Notes: a model not told the origin generated them from the letters alone. 63,995 bases of DNA, filler included, from Octopus bimaculoides (GCF_001194135.2; 6 parts of 5 records of this genome joined end to end with filler, not necessarily neighbours in it); one strand, 5' to 3'; shown: positions 36,878 through 48,350, counted from the first letter of the whole stretch. Made by a program: numbers and translations.

Positions 36878-37562
36878 CTGCGTATAAATTTCATTAGGTT
36901 TGATAATATAGAAATAATGGCTTTAAAGAATTTTAAGAAGGTACTTGCCAGCACACAATGTGGTAAGAAGGGCAATACTGATCTTAATAAAGTTAGTCTT
37001 GCCCCACCCCACACACTGGCACACTAACATTCTATTTTCTTCTAAATTATTTTAATGTATCATCTTTATCAATGCTTTGTTCTCATTTCTGCCATAAACT
37101 TTATAAGAAAGTTATGCGTTGAAACAAAATTCTAGTTTGAGAATCTAGATACAGTTAGAGATAAAATTTGATATACATTAAGTGGAGACATATATGACTT
37201 AGAAATATATACAACTGGCTAAATAATATCATTTGCTATCTCATGGAGATGGCTTATTGTCAGTTAAAAACGAGATGCAGTCCACAATATTAGGTCTCAA
37301 TGAAAATATAATAAGCTAAATTCAAACGTCAGAGACGCTGGAGAAATTATCTTCTGTAAATGAGAGAATATTAAGACTGATATAATTGAAGTATAGCTAT
37401 ATGTTATGGTGTTGTAAGAGGAAAGTAGAAAGCATTATTAAATGCTTTATACTTACATAGATGTACATACATGTCATTGATACATATACACTCACATAGC
37501 ACACACACACACGCACATGGTGTGTGCCTGTTTATGTATGAATGCATGATGTAGCAAGATGC

Positions 37563-37626
<64 letters not shown>

Positions 37627-38408
37627 ACACGCATACACGCGCGTGCACGCGCGCGCGCACACACACACACACACTCACAATTTAAAATAATAATAACAAG
37701 GCAAACCATAATGCGATTTTAAATATTCATCTCCTACAGCTTATTCGATATTTCTCATATATTCGCATAATAACAGCAGTCTTCTTACATATAATAAAGC
37801 GCAGTGTGTTCCACGTCGGTCACGCTGGCAGAGGAAAACTAAAACAACAAGCGGCTTGAGAGTGAGTCAAACTCAGAGATGCTAAATATAGGTGAACTGT
37901 ACTGAAAGATTTTGCACTGAAGTCGCTGGTAATTTAATCAAAATAAAGCAACTATAGCTTTGTTAAGCTATACTCAAACAAACTAGTGGAGACGAGAATA
38001 CATTTACCAAAAGTTTATTACTGAAGTCGTCCGATATTTTTGTATAGTTCACTCAGATTCGTTGCACCCTCGCTGCTGACATTCTTCTGTTTTCATTCTC
38101 CTCCCGGAAGTCCCTTTTCTTTTCTGGTGACCAGCTTCCTAGCTATCCCGCAGCGAAATATCTGTCTACGAATGCTGCCCTACACAACAAACTTTTATCA
38201 CAAATTATTAATTTCACACGAATCCTGGCTAGAATCTAGGAATCTATCGGTCACATCTTCCTGGTTAGCCCGCAGTTATAGTACACCTCGCTCAAGCTGC
38301 CATACAGTGGGACTAAACCTGAAACCATATTATTGCGAAGCGAGCTTCTCAATCACTCAACCAATATATATTCCAAGTCTCGAATTCAATCGAATACGCT
38401 GTATTAGA

Positions 38409-38457
<49 letters not shown>

Positions 38458-38535
38458 GTTATGTTAGACGTAAAGATTCCTACTTCAATCCTAACCAAGG
38501 AATGAATAAAAAATGTGTAAAAAAAGATACGTTAC

Positions 38536-38668
38536 CTGAAAAATTATGGAAGAGTAACGAATTGGAAAGATAGGGGTGGATAGCAACGCAAGGCAACACA
38601 AGAAGATGAGATTAATTGACAGGAAAACCTGGTAGAGTTCTGAGTCCTTCCAATCGACCATATTTACA
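38536..38668 (-). CDS. Candidate coding exon ((A)VNMVDWKDSELYQVFLSINLIFLCCLALLSTPIFPIRYSSIIFQ), unknown gene, possible membrane anchor
   Basis: Acceptor TTATTATTTCATAG (38670-38669), ATG at 38661 in an AATATG context, donor CAG|GTAACG at 38535; hydrophobic stretch. Confidence 0.35.
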
Positions 38669-38844
38669 CTATGAAATAATAATAAAGCAAATAAATAACC
38701 AAAGAAAGAAGAGTTGTAATATATCTTCTTTTCTGCTTTAACCTCGTGATGAAACAATTCATTCTTTTGACTATAAAACAATACCATACAGCGAGTTTTC
38801 AAAAAAAAAAACCCAGAAAACAACATGGAAAAAGAAACTCAACT

Positions 38845-38879
<35 letters not shown>

Positions 38880-39220
38880 GAATATAAGCGCACTTACCTC
38901 TTGAAAAAAAACAAAAGACAAAGGGAAGCAGAAATATAAAATAAAAAACGGAACACGTTAGACGAACCGAAAAAGAATAAATGGGCACTGTTTTGACATC
39001 TAAACGCGCGTGCACATTACGTATATATCTATATATATACACACGCATACACACACACACGCACAGACACACACACACATACACACACACACACACAAAC
39101 ACACACGCAAACACACACACACATATGCATGTATGCGTATATATATATGTAGGTAGGCATGTAACGTATACATGCATGTTTCTTTCTCTCTCTCTCTGTA
39201 TTTGTGTATGTGTTTGTGTT

Positions 39221-39251
<31 letters not shown>

Positions 39252-39475
39252 NNNNNNNNNNNNNNNNNNNNNNNNNNNNNNNNNNNNNNNNNNNNNNNNN
39301 NNNNNNNNNNNNNNNNNNNNNNNNNNNNNNNNNNNNNNNNNNNNNNNNNNNNNNNNNNNNNNNNNNNNNNNNNNNNNNNNNNNNNNNNNNNNNNNNNNNN
39401 NNNNNNNNNNNNNNNNNNNNNNNNNNNATATATATGTATATATAAATATATAAATACACACAGACCAGCTCTTAC

Positions 39476-39525
39476 GCTGCTGGCTTTCCAAGCATGGAAA
39501 TATTGGAAACCACTATGTTGGAATA
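39476..39525 (-). CDS. Candidate upstream exon (YSNIVVSNISMLGKPA-A)
   Basis: Donor GC|GTAAGA at 39475; splicing to 38668 keeps the frame (GC+T = Ala, then Val Asn Met); the acceptor GGCAG is weak. Confidence 0.25.
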
Positions 39526-39577
39526 CTGCCGTTCAATATGCGTAGAAAAAACTCAATGGTCAATTATTATTATTATT

Positions 39578-39613
<36 letters not shown>

Positions 39614-40093
39614 ATGTTCTTATTGCTCTAGTTGATTTTGTGTCTTTCTTGATTTCTTTATCAATATTGTTTCGGCGTTATAATTGTTTTTTGTTTTTTA
39701 TTTTGTTGAGAGAGAGAGGATTTCACACATACACACACACACATACACACACATACATATACACATACATTGATACATATATACATTCATAATACATATA
39801 TGCATACATACATACGTATACATATATATGTGTGTGTGTTTTTGTTGAGATCATAGTTTGCCTATTATCTGCATATATAAGAATGGGTAGCTATGTAAAT
39901 ATAAGCAAACGCTTACACACACACACACACACAAGTACATAGACATACATACGCATGCACGCATACGCTCTCACTCATGATATATTTTTATATATATTAT
40001 GCGTATATATACATATACACACATATATGATGCACACAAACAAGCTTAGAGATACATGGGACATATGTATGTATATATGTATGTACTTGTGTA

Positions 40094-40196
<103 letters not shown>

Positions 40197-40562
40197 GTAT
40201 ACAAACACACACACACACATATATATATAAACCAAACAGAGATAACATTCTTGATTCTGTCAGAGTGCTATAACGAAGACAACCAACTGATTGCTGGTCA
40301 ATCAAGCCAAACACATAACGACTAAGAGAAGAATGAATATACAGTATAAGCATGCTGAAATCTTGTTCTATCTGTATGCCATGGGCCAATAGATAGCGAG
40401 ACGCTCCACTGACCCAGAAGTTTCGGGTTCGAACGCAATACAAGTTATACAGCTTAGAATCAAGTAAGCATAAAAATAAATTAATCCAACAATGGAAGCA
40501 ATATATTTGTCGAAGAATTTACACTAGGTATTATTAACCTTCATGTTAAACTGTATATTATA

Positions 40563-41540
40563 TCAGGCTGAGTAAAAAGTAAGCAACGTTTTAAAACATG
40601 AAAAACATTACAATATATTTCAACAATGCGGAAATTTTAATCATCAAAGTAAGTACCATTACGATCAACACATTTTTGCCAACAAGCTACAAGTGGTGAC
40701 ACAAAAATCTGAAGTTCTGGAGCTGATGAACTCTTTGAACGCACTTTCAGCATCGGTTTGATTTTTGAACTTCTCTGAGAAAGTGGTAGTCGGTAGGAGA
40801 AAGATCTGGGGGAATAAACTGGATGGAGAAGAACTTCGTAGCCAAGTTCCCTCAATTTCTGGAGCGTTATTTGGGAAATGCATGGTCGAGCATTGTCATG
40901 AAGAATGATTAGCCCTCTTCTGTTGACCAGTGTGGGACAGAAGAGTAGCGGTTTTTTGTTCATATTGGCAATTTCATGGCAATATGTTTCTGCAGTAATG
41001 GTTTTTCAGGGTTTTAAGAAGTTATAGTGAATGAGTCCAGCAGTAGACCACCAAACAGTCACTATAACCTTCTTTTTGAAGAGCTCAGGTTTAGGGAAGT
41101 TCTTCGGTTCTTCATTTTGGTCCACCCACTGCGACGAACGTTTTTTATTATTGTACAGAATCTACTTTTCATTGCAAGTTACAATACGGTCGAGAAATGG
41201 ATCGGTCTGGTTACGGAGAAGAAGCGACGTGCAAATTTCATACCTGCGCATTTTCTGATTTTCATTCAAATCGTGTGGTACCCATTTGTCGAGCTTTTTT
41301 GATTTTCCGATCACATGCAAATGGTTGCAGGCAGTTTTCTGGCTAACTTGAAGTTTTTTTGCCAATTCTCGAGTGGTTTTACATCTATCTTTCTCAATGA
41401 CGGTCTTTAATTGACCACCATCGATTACAGATGGGCGTCCACTACGCTCACGATCTGCAAGGCTCAGGTTATCACTGCAAAATCATTTAGATCATTTTCG
41501 AGCTGACCACTCATTGGTCATTTCCTCACCAAACGTTTGG
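40563..41540 (-). mobile_element. Defective mariner transposon (Hsmar1/cecropia-like, D,D34D), 5' end missing
   Basis: ERSGRPS..TTRELAKKL, KWVPHDL, FLDRIVTCNEK, LHDNARP, HPVYSP and WQKCVDRNGTYFD over several frames; TA plus TIR TCAGGCTGAGTAAAAAGTAA at 40561-40582. Confidence 0.93.
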
Positions 41541-41689
41541 TGACTGCATTCCCCTGGTATCAATTTGCTTTTGTGAGATAATGACATTTCTACTGTAATC
41601 CTCACTTAATCATTGCGAGTTTTTTCTGTCCATTAATATGCATTTAACTTGCGAGGGCACTCTCTCACACCCTTCAATATCAACTTTTA

Positions 41690-42162
41690 TCACCTGGTCC
41701 AATTATAACATCGGGGCTTCATGCCCCTCCCCCCACTATAACTTTTAATACCACCTCGTCTCCCACCGTTATGGTGTCGACCATTCTTTTAAGGTCCTCG
41801 AGTGCTGCCTGGATAATTATCTCCAGAGTCTGCCCTTGCCAATTCTTCGGTGGTGTTCTCGTTACTTGGAGGACTTCTATCTTCTCTTCTACATCCAGCA
41901 GTATCGCAGCCGCCAGCCAGGCGACATCTACCTCTGGGGGAGTCTCTTCCACCCTTACCTTGGAAGCACGTCTTCCAAGGTAAGTAGGCAGAAGTATTAC
42001 CTCATCCGTTTTCAGGGAGGCAACCGAATATTGCCTGGCTTTCTCCTCGGATGCAAATCGCACCGCCACAGCTGCGTATTTGTTCCCTCTGGTAAGGTAG
42101 GTAACATCCTGCCAGACGGGTCACAAAGCCTTCTCTACTTGTAGTTTTGTCACTATTTCCAT
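41690..42162 (-). mobile_element. LINE ORF1 N-terminal/RRM-like fragment (Tx1/L1-like), pseudogenized
   Basis: MEIVTKLQVEKAL*PVWQDVTYLTRGNKYAAVAVRFASEE..PTYLGRRASKVRVEETPPEV..VLKVIV, then a frameshifted KPRCYN start of a zinc knuckle. Confidence 0.65.
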
Positions 42163-42639
42163 TCATTTTGCATCCAGACTATACGTTCTTTATATTATTA
42201 TCTTTTTTGCGTGTCTAGGAGATGTCACTTTTACTTCGTACCACTCCCTTTGCAGGATTTCCCTGTACTTGTTTACAACTCCACCTTCTTAAAACAAATT
42301 TATTCTCTTGTTTCACCAGCCGCAGCTGCAAAATTCATTTTTTTACCACCTTCATTTTTTCCAACTTCTGGTCTGCAATATCTAAACTCAGTAATTCTTC
42401 TTCAAACATCGTTACGTCTGAAGAATTCAAATCCTCATACATCATGAAGACACAAGTAATGCGCTTCCCCCTTCAACCAAGAGAAACAGCGTCAACAAGA
42501 CTGCCGTAAGGCAGCAAATACTAATGTCTCAAGACTCAATAATTAATGAATATAATTCAAATTCAACAATCTTTCACTAACGCTTCGAACGATGCCCAAA
42601 TAAAATTCACGACCAACTGGGTCACAGATGATTGTAATA

Positions 42640-43545
42640 AAGAATTTTTTTTATTGCCCACAGGAGGCTAACTATAGAGGGGACAGTACAAATACAAACA
42701 GGGCAGTACAATGAAAGTGGGGACGTAAAAACGGATGGAAGGATGAATAAAAATAAAATAAATTACAATGAATAATGAAGTCGTTCGATCCCACATCCGC
42801 CCGCCTTCATTTAACCTTACTATTATACCCATTTTTTGAGGTTTATAACATTTTTCTTTTTCGAAAACTTTTTTTTAACACGTTAAACATTGTAAAATGT
42901 CTATACCAAAATCTTGTTTTAATTTAGATAGACTTCCCATTGTGGACATCTCACTGGAATCCATATTCATTGCCATGTATTTAACGTTCTCATATTCCTT
43001 TAATTGTTCCACATACATAAGGTCGACTATAATACAGCCCAAATTCCTGGGTGTCTCATCAGACAGATACGTGTTCACCTATATTATCTTGTCTCAGCGA
43101 TGAATTTCATTTATAAGTCTGACATTTGTTTCATTGTAAAAAACGATGTACTTCTCTTTTTGCTTTCCTCCTCACAGGGCAGGGATCAGTAAATTTGGGG
43201 CTCCTGTGTGCATGTGCTCATTTTTTCCGTGTCGGGTGGGACAGGGTGAGGATTGGTGTCTACAGGGGAAGGGTGGGAAAGAGTGGGCTTGGATGGGAGT
43301 CGGGTGGGCGTAGGATGGGGGCTCATCACTCAGGCTGTGTTTTCCTCCTCTTTCACCTTTTTTCCCACTTTTCCCCATCCGTTGTCTCCCTTGTTTTCGC
43401 CTATCTCTGCTTCCGCACTGATTACTGATAGAGGCGGAGGTGCGGCTTCCTTCCTGCCCACGGGCTTGGTTTGTATTTCTGAGGGTGGTGGAGGACAGCC
43501 TACTCTAATGTGACCCTTTTGGCCACATTTGTAGCACCGACGTAC
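42640..43545 (-). mobile_element. Internally deleted LINE: ORF1 CCHC zinc knuckle region and LINE-like 3' tail
   Basis: RRCYKCGQKGHIRVGC gag-type knuckle (about 43500-43545) followed by a Pro/Lys-rich segment. The 3' tail GTGGGCAATAAAAAAA at about 42645-42665 resembles the tail at 60880. Confidence 0.65.
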
Positions 43546-43596
43546 CCATTCCCAGAAAATCCAGGCCTTGTGCCTATAATAGAAAGGATTGTTGTT

Positions 43597-43598
<2 letters not shown>

Positions 43599-43668
<70 letters not shown>

Positions 43669-43686
43669 AATAATAATAATAATAAT
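43599..43686. repeat. (AAT)n(AAC)n(AAT)n compound microsatellite
   Basis: Direct inspection. Confidence 0.95.
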
Positions 43687-44174
43687 TATCATGTACATTG
43701 TTTTGCTTTGGTATAAAAAGACGGGCTACAGCAAATATTCTGCTTAATACCACAGATTTGCTTGACACTTGTTTGACCTTAACCAGTTGAGCATGTCCAT
43801 TGGTGGCTGACGATATGTGCATCTCTGATTATGAGCAGTGGGGGAGCATCATAGTCATGTGTTGAGAGGAATTATTTGGGGTTTGAATAATTCACCTTTG
43901 GAAACATGGGTGTTTTGCTCAACGTCCTTAAACAAACCTTATTCAAGGACCTTTTGAGCGGGATGGGCTACTCGACTTGAAGATAATTCTAACTGGACCC
44001 CACCTGCGAGGTCATGCGCTGTTTATCTTGATATGAGATCACCATGTCGTGCACATATGGTTGTGATGCATGTGCCTGGTGTACCCTTATCAGACGGGTA
44101 GTCATGATGGGTATAATGGGCTTCGTATATTTTACCCCAGTGTCACTTTGATGGCATGCACTGCTCTCTCACTC
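43687..44174 (+). mobile_element. Non-coding interspersed element of about 490 bp bounded by (AAT)n on both sides
   Basis: Complex sequence between the (AAT)n at 43599-43686 and the (AAT)5 at 44175-44190; recalled as a common octopod repeat; no tRNA head or ORF recognised. Confidence 0.55.
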
Positions 44175-44190
44175 AATAATAATAATAATA

Positions 44191-44465
44191 ACTGGAGCTG
44201 GGTAAAATACTAAATGAGAAGTTAGGAAATGTGAATGAATTTTGTCTAAACAGGTTAGAGGTGCAACTGAAAACGAAATTGAATGGGAAGGACTTGACAG
44301 TTGCAATCAAACTCTGGGCTGTACTGGTTATTAGCAATAGTACATTTCATTTCATTTCATTTCAAAGTTTCAGCTCAGAGCTGCGGCCATGCTGATGCAC
44401 CACCGTGTACGGTTATTTTGAACTGGATCAGAGAAGAGATAGTGAAGTTGGATAAGTTAATGTGA
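44191..44465 (+). mobile_element. R4/Dong-clade RT C-terminal fragment interrupted by a SINE A tail (44345-44405)
   Basis: EKLGNVNEFCLNRLEVQLKTKLNGKDLTVAIKLWAVLVI..[insert]..NWIREEIVKLDK matches the recalled R4/Dong RL..ILKSKLNG.N.I.AINTWAVPV..W...EL..LDR. Confidence 0.75.
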
Positions 44466-44483
44466 AAAAAACGAAAAAAAAAG

Positions 44484-44638
44484 GCGCAGGAGTGGCTGTG
44501 TGGTAAGTAGCTTTCTTACCAACCATATGGTTGCAGGTTCACTCCCACTACGTGGCACCTTGGGCAAGTGTCTTCTACTAAGCCTTGTGAGTAGATTTGG
44601 TAGACGGAAACTAAAAGAAGCCCGTCGTGTATATGTAT
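44484..44638 (+). mobile_element. SINE family A head and CORE-like part (cut by the spacer)
   Basis: GGCGCAGGAGTGGCTGTGTGGTAAGTAGC..GGTTCACTCCCACTACGTGGCACCTTGGGCAAGTGTCTTCTACTA..AAGCCCGTCGT. Confidence 0.88.
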
Positions 44639-44738
44639 NNNNNNNNNNNNNNNNNNNNNNNNNNNNNNNNNNNNNNNNNNNNTTAATTAATTAANNNNNN
44701 NNNNNNNNNNNNNNNNNNNNNNNNNNNNNNNNNNNNNN
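44639..44738. other. Artificial 100-nt scaffold spacer
   Basis: N44-TTAATTAATTAA-N44. Confidence 0.95.
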
Positions 44739-44830
44739 ACGGGAACGTAAGTAAACCGACACCGCTTGTCAAGCCGTGGTGGGGTGCAAACACAAGCCGA
44801 AAAACACACATTCACAAACGTATGCATAAT

Positions 44831-45555
44831 CCGGATGTCCCAAAAGTACCTGATGGGTTTCAATTTTTAATAACTCCCTTAACTTTACAAATAAATGCAT
44901 GGAATTTTGATACAATATAAAGGACATAATAGGAATTATGTCAAATTTTGCAACACCACTACATTACATATGAAAAATGACATCGCTTAAAAGGCAGCCA
45001 TTTTCGGCTTCGCACACCTGTACTCTTTCAAAACTTGCACCATAACACCCTCAAGAATTTCAGGCTCCACTTCTCTGATTTCTCTATTGAAGTTCTCCTT
45101 CAATTGCACCAGGGTCTCCGGTTTGTTGAGGTAAACCCTCTCTTTCAGGCCGGTTGACATTGCCCTAGCGGGAGATTATTTTCTCTCCGAAGCTCTGCCG
45201 CAGCAACTGCATTATCTCTCTCTTGTGGTAATAGCAGCTGCCCCATCTTACTGGAACCATGTGAGAGGTCTACTTTGAATGCCTTTCACGTTCCCCAGAC
45301 TTGACTTTTCTTCTGGGGATACCTGAAGGAGAGGGTTTACATCAACAAGCCGGAGACCCTGGTGCAACTGAAGGAGAACATGGTGAAGTCGAAAATGGCT
45401 GCCATTTAAGCGATGTAGTGGTGCTGCAGAATTTGACTCGTGCATATTAATTTCCATTATGGCTTTTATATTGTATCAAAATTTCATGCAGTTATTTGTA
45501 AAGTCAAGGAAGTTATGAGAAATTGAAACACATCAGGGACTTTTCGGACACCCTG
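44831..45555. mobile_element. Palindromic non-autonomous Tc1/mariner derivative made of two inverted 3' ends
   Basis: The right end ..GGGACTTTTCGGACACCCTG|TA mirrors the left CCGGATGTCCCAAAAGTACC over more than 100 bp. Both arms encode LKERVY.NKPETLVQLKEN. The minus arm also has WFQ*DGA..SFGEKIISR; the plus arm has SPDL/DFFFWGYL. Confidence 0.88.
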
Positions 45556-45591
45556 TATATGTGTGTGCGTGAGAGAGAGAGAGAGAGAGAA

Positions 45592-45642
45592 TGAGTGAGT
45601 GAGTGAGTGAGTGAGTGAGTGAGTGAGTGAGTGAGTGAGTGA
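45592..45642. repeat. (GAGT)n tetranucleotide repeat
   Basis: Direct inspection. Confidence 0.9.
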
Positions 45643-45684
45643 GGAATTGAGGGAAGGAGGGAGGGAGTGAGTGCATATATATAT

Positions 45685-45845
45685 ATGGTTGGCGTTAGGA
45701 AGGGCATCCAGCTGTAGAAACTCTGCCAAATCAGACTGGAGCCTGGTGTTGCCATCCGGTTTCACCAGTCCTCAGTCAAATCGTCCAACCCATGCTAGCA
45801 TGGAAAGCGGACGTTAAACGATGATGATGATGATGATGATGATGA
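45685..45845 (+). mobile_element. SINE/RTE-related 3' fragment with (GAT)n tail
   Basis: GGTTGGCGTTAGGAAGGGCATCCAGCTGTAGAA..CCAACCCATGCTAGCATGGAAAGCGGACGTTAAACGATGATGATG. Confidence 0.7.
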
Positions 45846-45861
45846 TACATACATACATATA

Positions 45862-46012
45862 CAATGGGCTTCTTTCAGTTTGCGTTTACCAAATCTACGT
45901 ACAAGACTTTGGATGACCCGGGGTTAGAGTAGGCGACACTTGTGGAAGGTACCACACAGTGAGACTGAATCTCTTGCTTGCGAACCAAACATCTTACTAG
46001 ACAGCCACTCGC
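45862..46012 (-). mobile_element. SINE family A head, degraded
   Basis: GGGCTTCTTTCAGTTT..ACCAAATC..GACACTTG..ACAGCCACTC is the reverse complement of the family head. Confidence 0.7.
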
Positions 46013-46689
46013 TTTTGAGTTTTGCCGCTGCTTGCATGCATAAAATAAAACCTAACTCCTCTACGAACATGATAGGGCAATTAAAAGTTTCCCAAGTCAT
46101 TCTCTACGGTCTTCAGAAATAAAGGTCATGTTGAATAGATAATGTTTTCCAAGACACACTACAAAACAAAACAAAATCAACGGCTGGTATTTTCGAGAAT
46201 GTCTTAAATTATTTATACGAGTCTGATTGATTTAGACAGAAATGAGCCAAAACAATTGGACTAAATACTTGGGCAGAAGTGAGCCAAAACAACGGAACTA
46301 AACATTATTAAATCCAGTGTGGCTTTGTACGTAGTAACAGCCAAACCAACAGGGCCATTTGAAGCTTTAGTATATTGACCTCAATGGAGGAAGAGTGCAG
46401 AATGATATATGTAGCTCGCTAGTCTAAAGACTAACCGCTTTCCCTCCTGGGAAAACTGATGATCTGTAAGGGCAACAATTACTTATCAAAAGTTTAATGA
46501 GATTGTTCGATATGATCATATGCCATGAGGGGGATCAAAAATTAACATTTCAAGACCTGCCCAGTATGAATGCAATTGGAAAATTTTCTTCGTTCTATAC
46601 TCTCAAATGAAACGCAAGATCTGAAAGTTACGTTCTCTGCACCATGCTATGATAAATGAACTTAATGAACTATTCTGTTAAACATTCTT

Positions 46690-46781
46690 TTGCATTCTTC
46701 TTCTTACCATTGTTGTTGTTGTTGCTGTTGTCACTGCCCCTGCTGTTGTTCTAGTTGTTATTGCTGTTGTAGTTGTTCATT

Positions 46782-46825
<44 letters not shown>

Positions 46826-46958
46826 ATTCGTGTTGGCCTAGAGGGGTGCTTATGCCTGCAAGGGAAACATAAGATGGGAGGGAAATGTAGAGAGACAGCA
46901 TTCCGGGAAGGAAATATCGAACGTCGTCGTCGTCGTAGTAGTAGTAGTAGTAGTAGTT

Positions 46959-46995
<37 letters not shown>

Positions 46996-47032
46996 CAGCA
47001 GCAGCAGCAGCAGCATTAGTAGCATTAGTAGC

Positions 47033-47084
<52 letters not shown>

Positions 47085-47185
47085 CCAGCAGCAATAGTAG
47101 AAGTAACTATTATTATCAGCCTCATCATTATCATCATCATCATCATCATCATCGTTGTTGTTGTTGTTGTTGTTGTTGTTATCAT
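46690..47185. repeat. Compound trinucleotide block (TTG/TAG/CAG/CAT)
   Basis: Direct inspection. Confidence 0.95.
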
Positions 47186-47994
47186 TAACATCAATATGTT
47201 TATGTTTATATCGCNNNNNNNNNNNNNNNNNNNNNNNNNNNNNNNNNNNNNNNNNNNNNNNNNNNNNNNNNNNNNNNNNNNATCGCAAAATGTCGTGTAA
47301 AAATCAATGTTGGCTGCAGGAAATAAAACCTGACATTCAGTCCATACATCCATAAATACAGACAGCCTGTATGTGAATGTATGTATGTATGTATGTATGT
47401 ATGTATGTATGTATGTTTGCATTTATGTATGTATGTATGTATGTATGTATGTATGTATGTATGTATGTATATAAGTATGTATGTATGTATGCCTGTGTTG
47501 ATGTCTGCTACGATGATGTAACGTGTAGGTAGGAAAAGCCTAAGATTCTGACAGGAATAATGGAAAAACGTAGCAAATATGAAGCGGGTAAGAAAGTTTC
47601 TCATACCGTATTTGTATACTTATATATAAACACGCTTGTATTTATGTATGTGTACAAACACGTTTGTATATATGACTATGTTTTGTATCGTTTATCTTTA
47701 ACTCGCATCAGTCATTGGGTTAAGGTCCTGCTGGGGGACAGTTTTGAAGCATTTAGTGGATCAATTCGATCCTAGCACTAATTATTATATCAATTCCTTT
47801 TGGCGAAGTGCTAATTTACGGAGATGCGAACACACCAACAACGGCTACCGAACGGTGGTGGGAGACAAACACAAAAGCACACTCAGAAACACACACAGAC
47901 GCATGAAGGCATACACACACACTCATACACACAGGCACACACACACACACAAGCACACACATGCACACAGATATATATATATATATATATCCCC

Positions 47995-48180
47995 TTTCAC
48001 AATGTAACCTCGTGAGCATCGGTGCCATTTTCCTCTTCCTCCGTTTTTCCATTTCCGAACTTTCTGTCTCTCCGACGAAGGGCTCCGCCCGAAACGTCAT
48101 GCTCTCTCTCCTTCCTTTCCCGAGCGTCCAATAACACTATCCGTATCACGTTCTCACTTTGTTGTTTTTTGTTTTTTGAA
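47995..48180 (+). mobile_element. Penelope-type terminal repeat fragment with hammerhead-like core
   Basis: CCGACGA-A-GGGC-TCC-GCCC-GAAA-CGTC at 48072-48098: a CUGANGA/stem II/GAAA layout with a U4-to-C change. Confidence 0.4.
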
Positions 48181-48221
48181 CCTATATATATAGAAATATA
48201 TATATATATATATATACACAC

Positions 48222-48350
48222 ACGACGGGCTTCTACACAGATTATCTCTTTCAAATCTACTCACAAGGTTTGATCAGCCCTGGTTTACAGTGGAAGATAC
48301 TTGCGGAATGTGCCGTGCAGTGGGACTTCTCAATTACACAGCCGCGCCTG
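48222..48350 (-). mobile_element. SINE family A head, degraded
   Basis: ACGACGGGCTTCT..AAATCTACTCACAAGG..GAAGATACTTG..GTGCCGTGCAGTGGGAC. Confidence 0.7.

Noticed and set aside
37800-38115. Plus-strand promoter or first exon (donor AGA|GTGAGT at about 37862, TGAGTCA, CCGGAAGT)
   Set aside because: Short motifs only, no downstream coding exon identified, and it conflicts with the equally tentative minus-strand model
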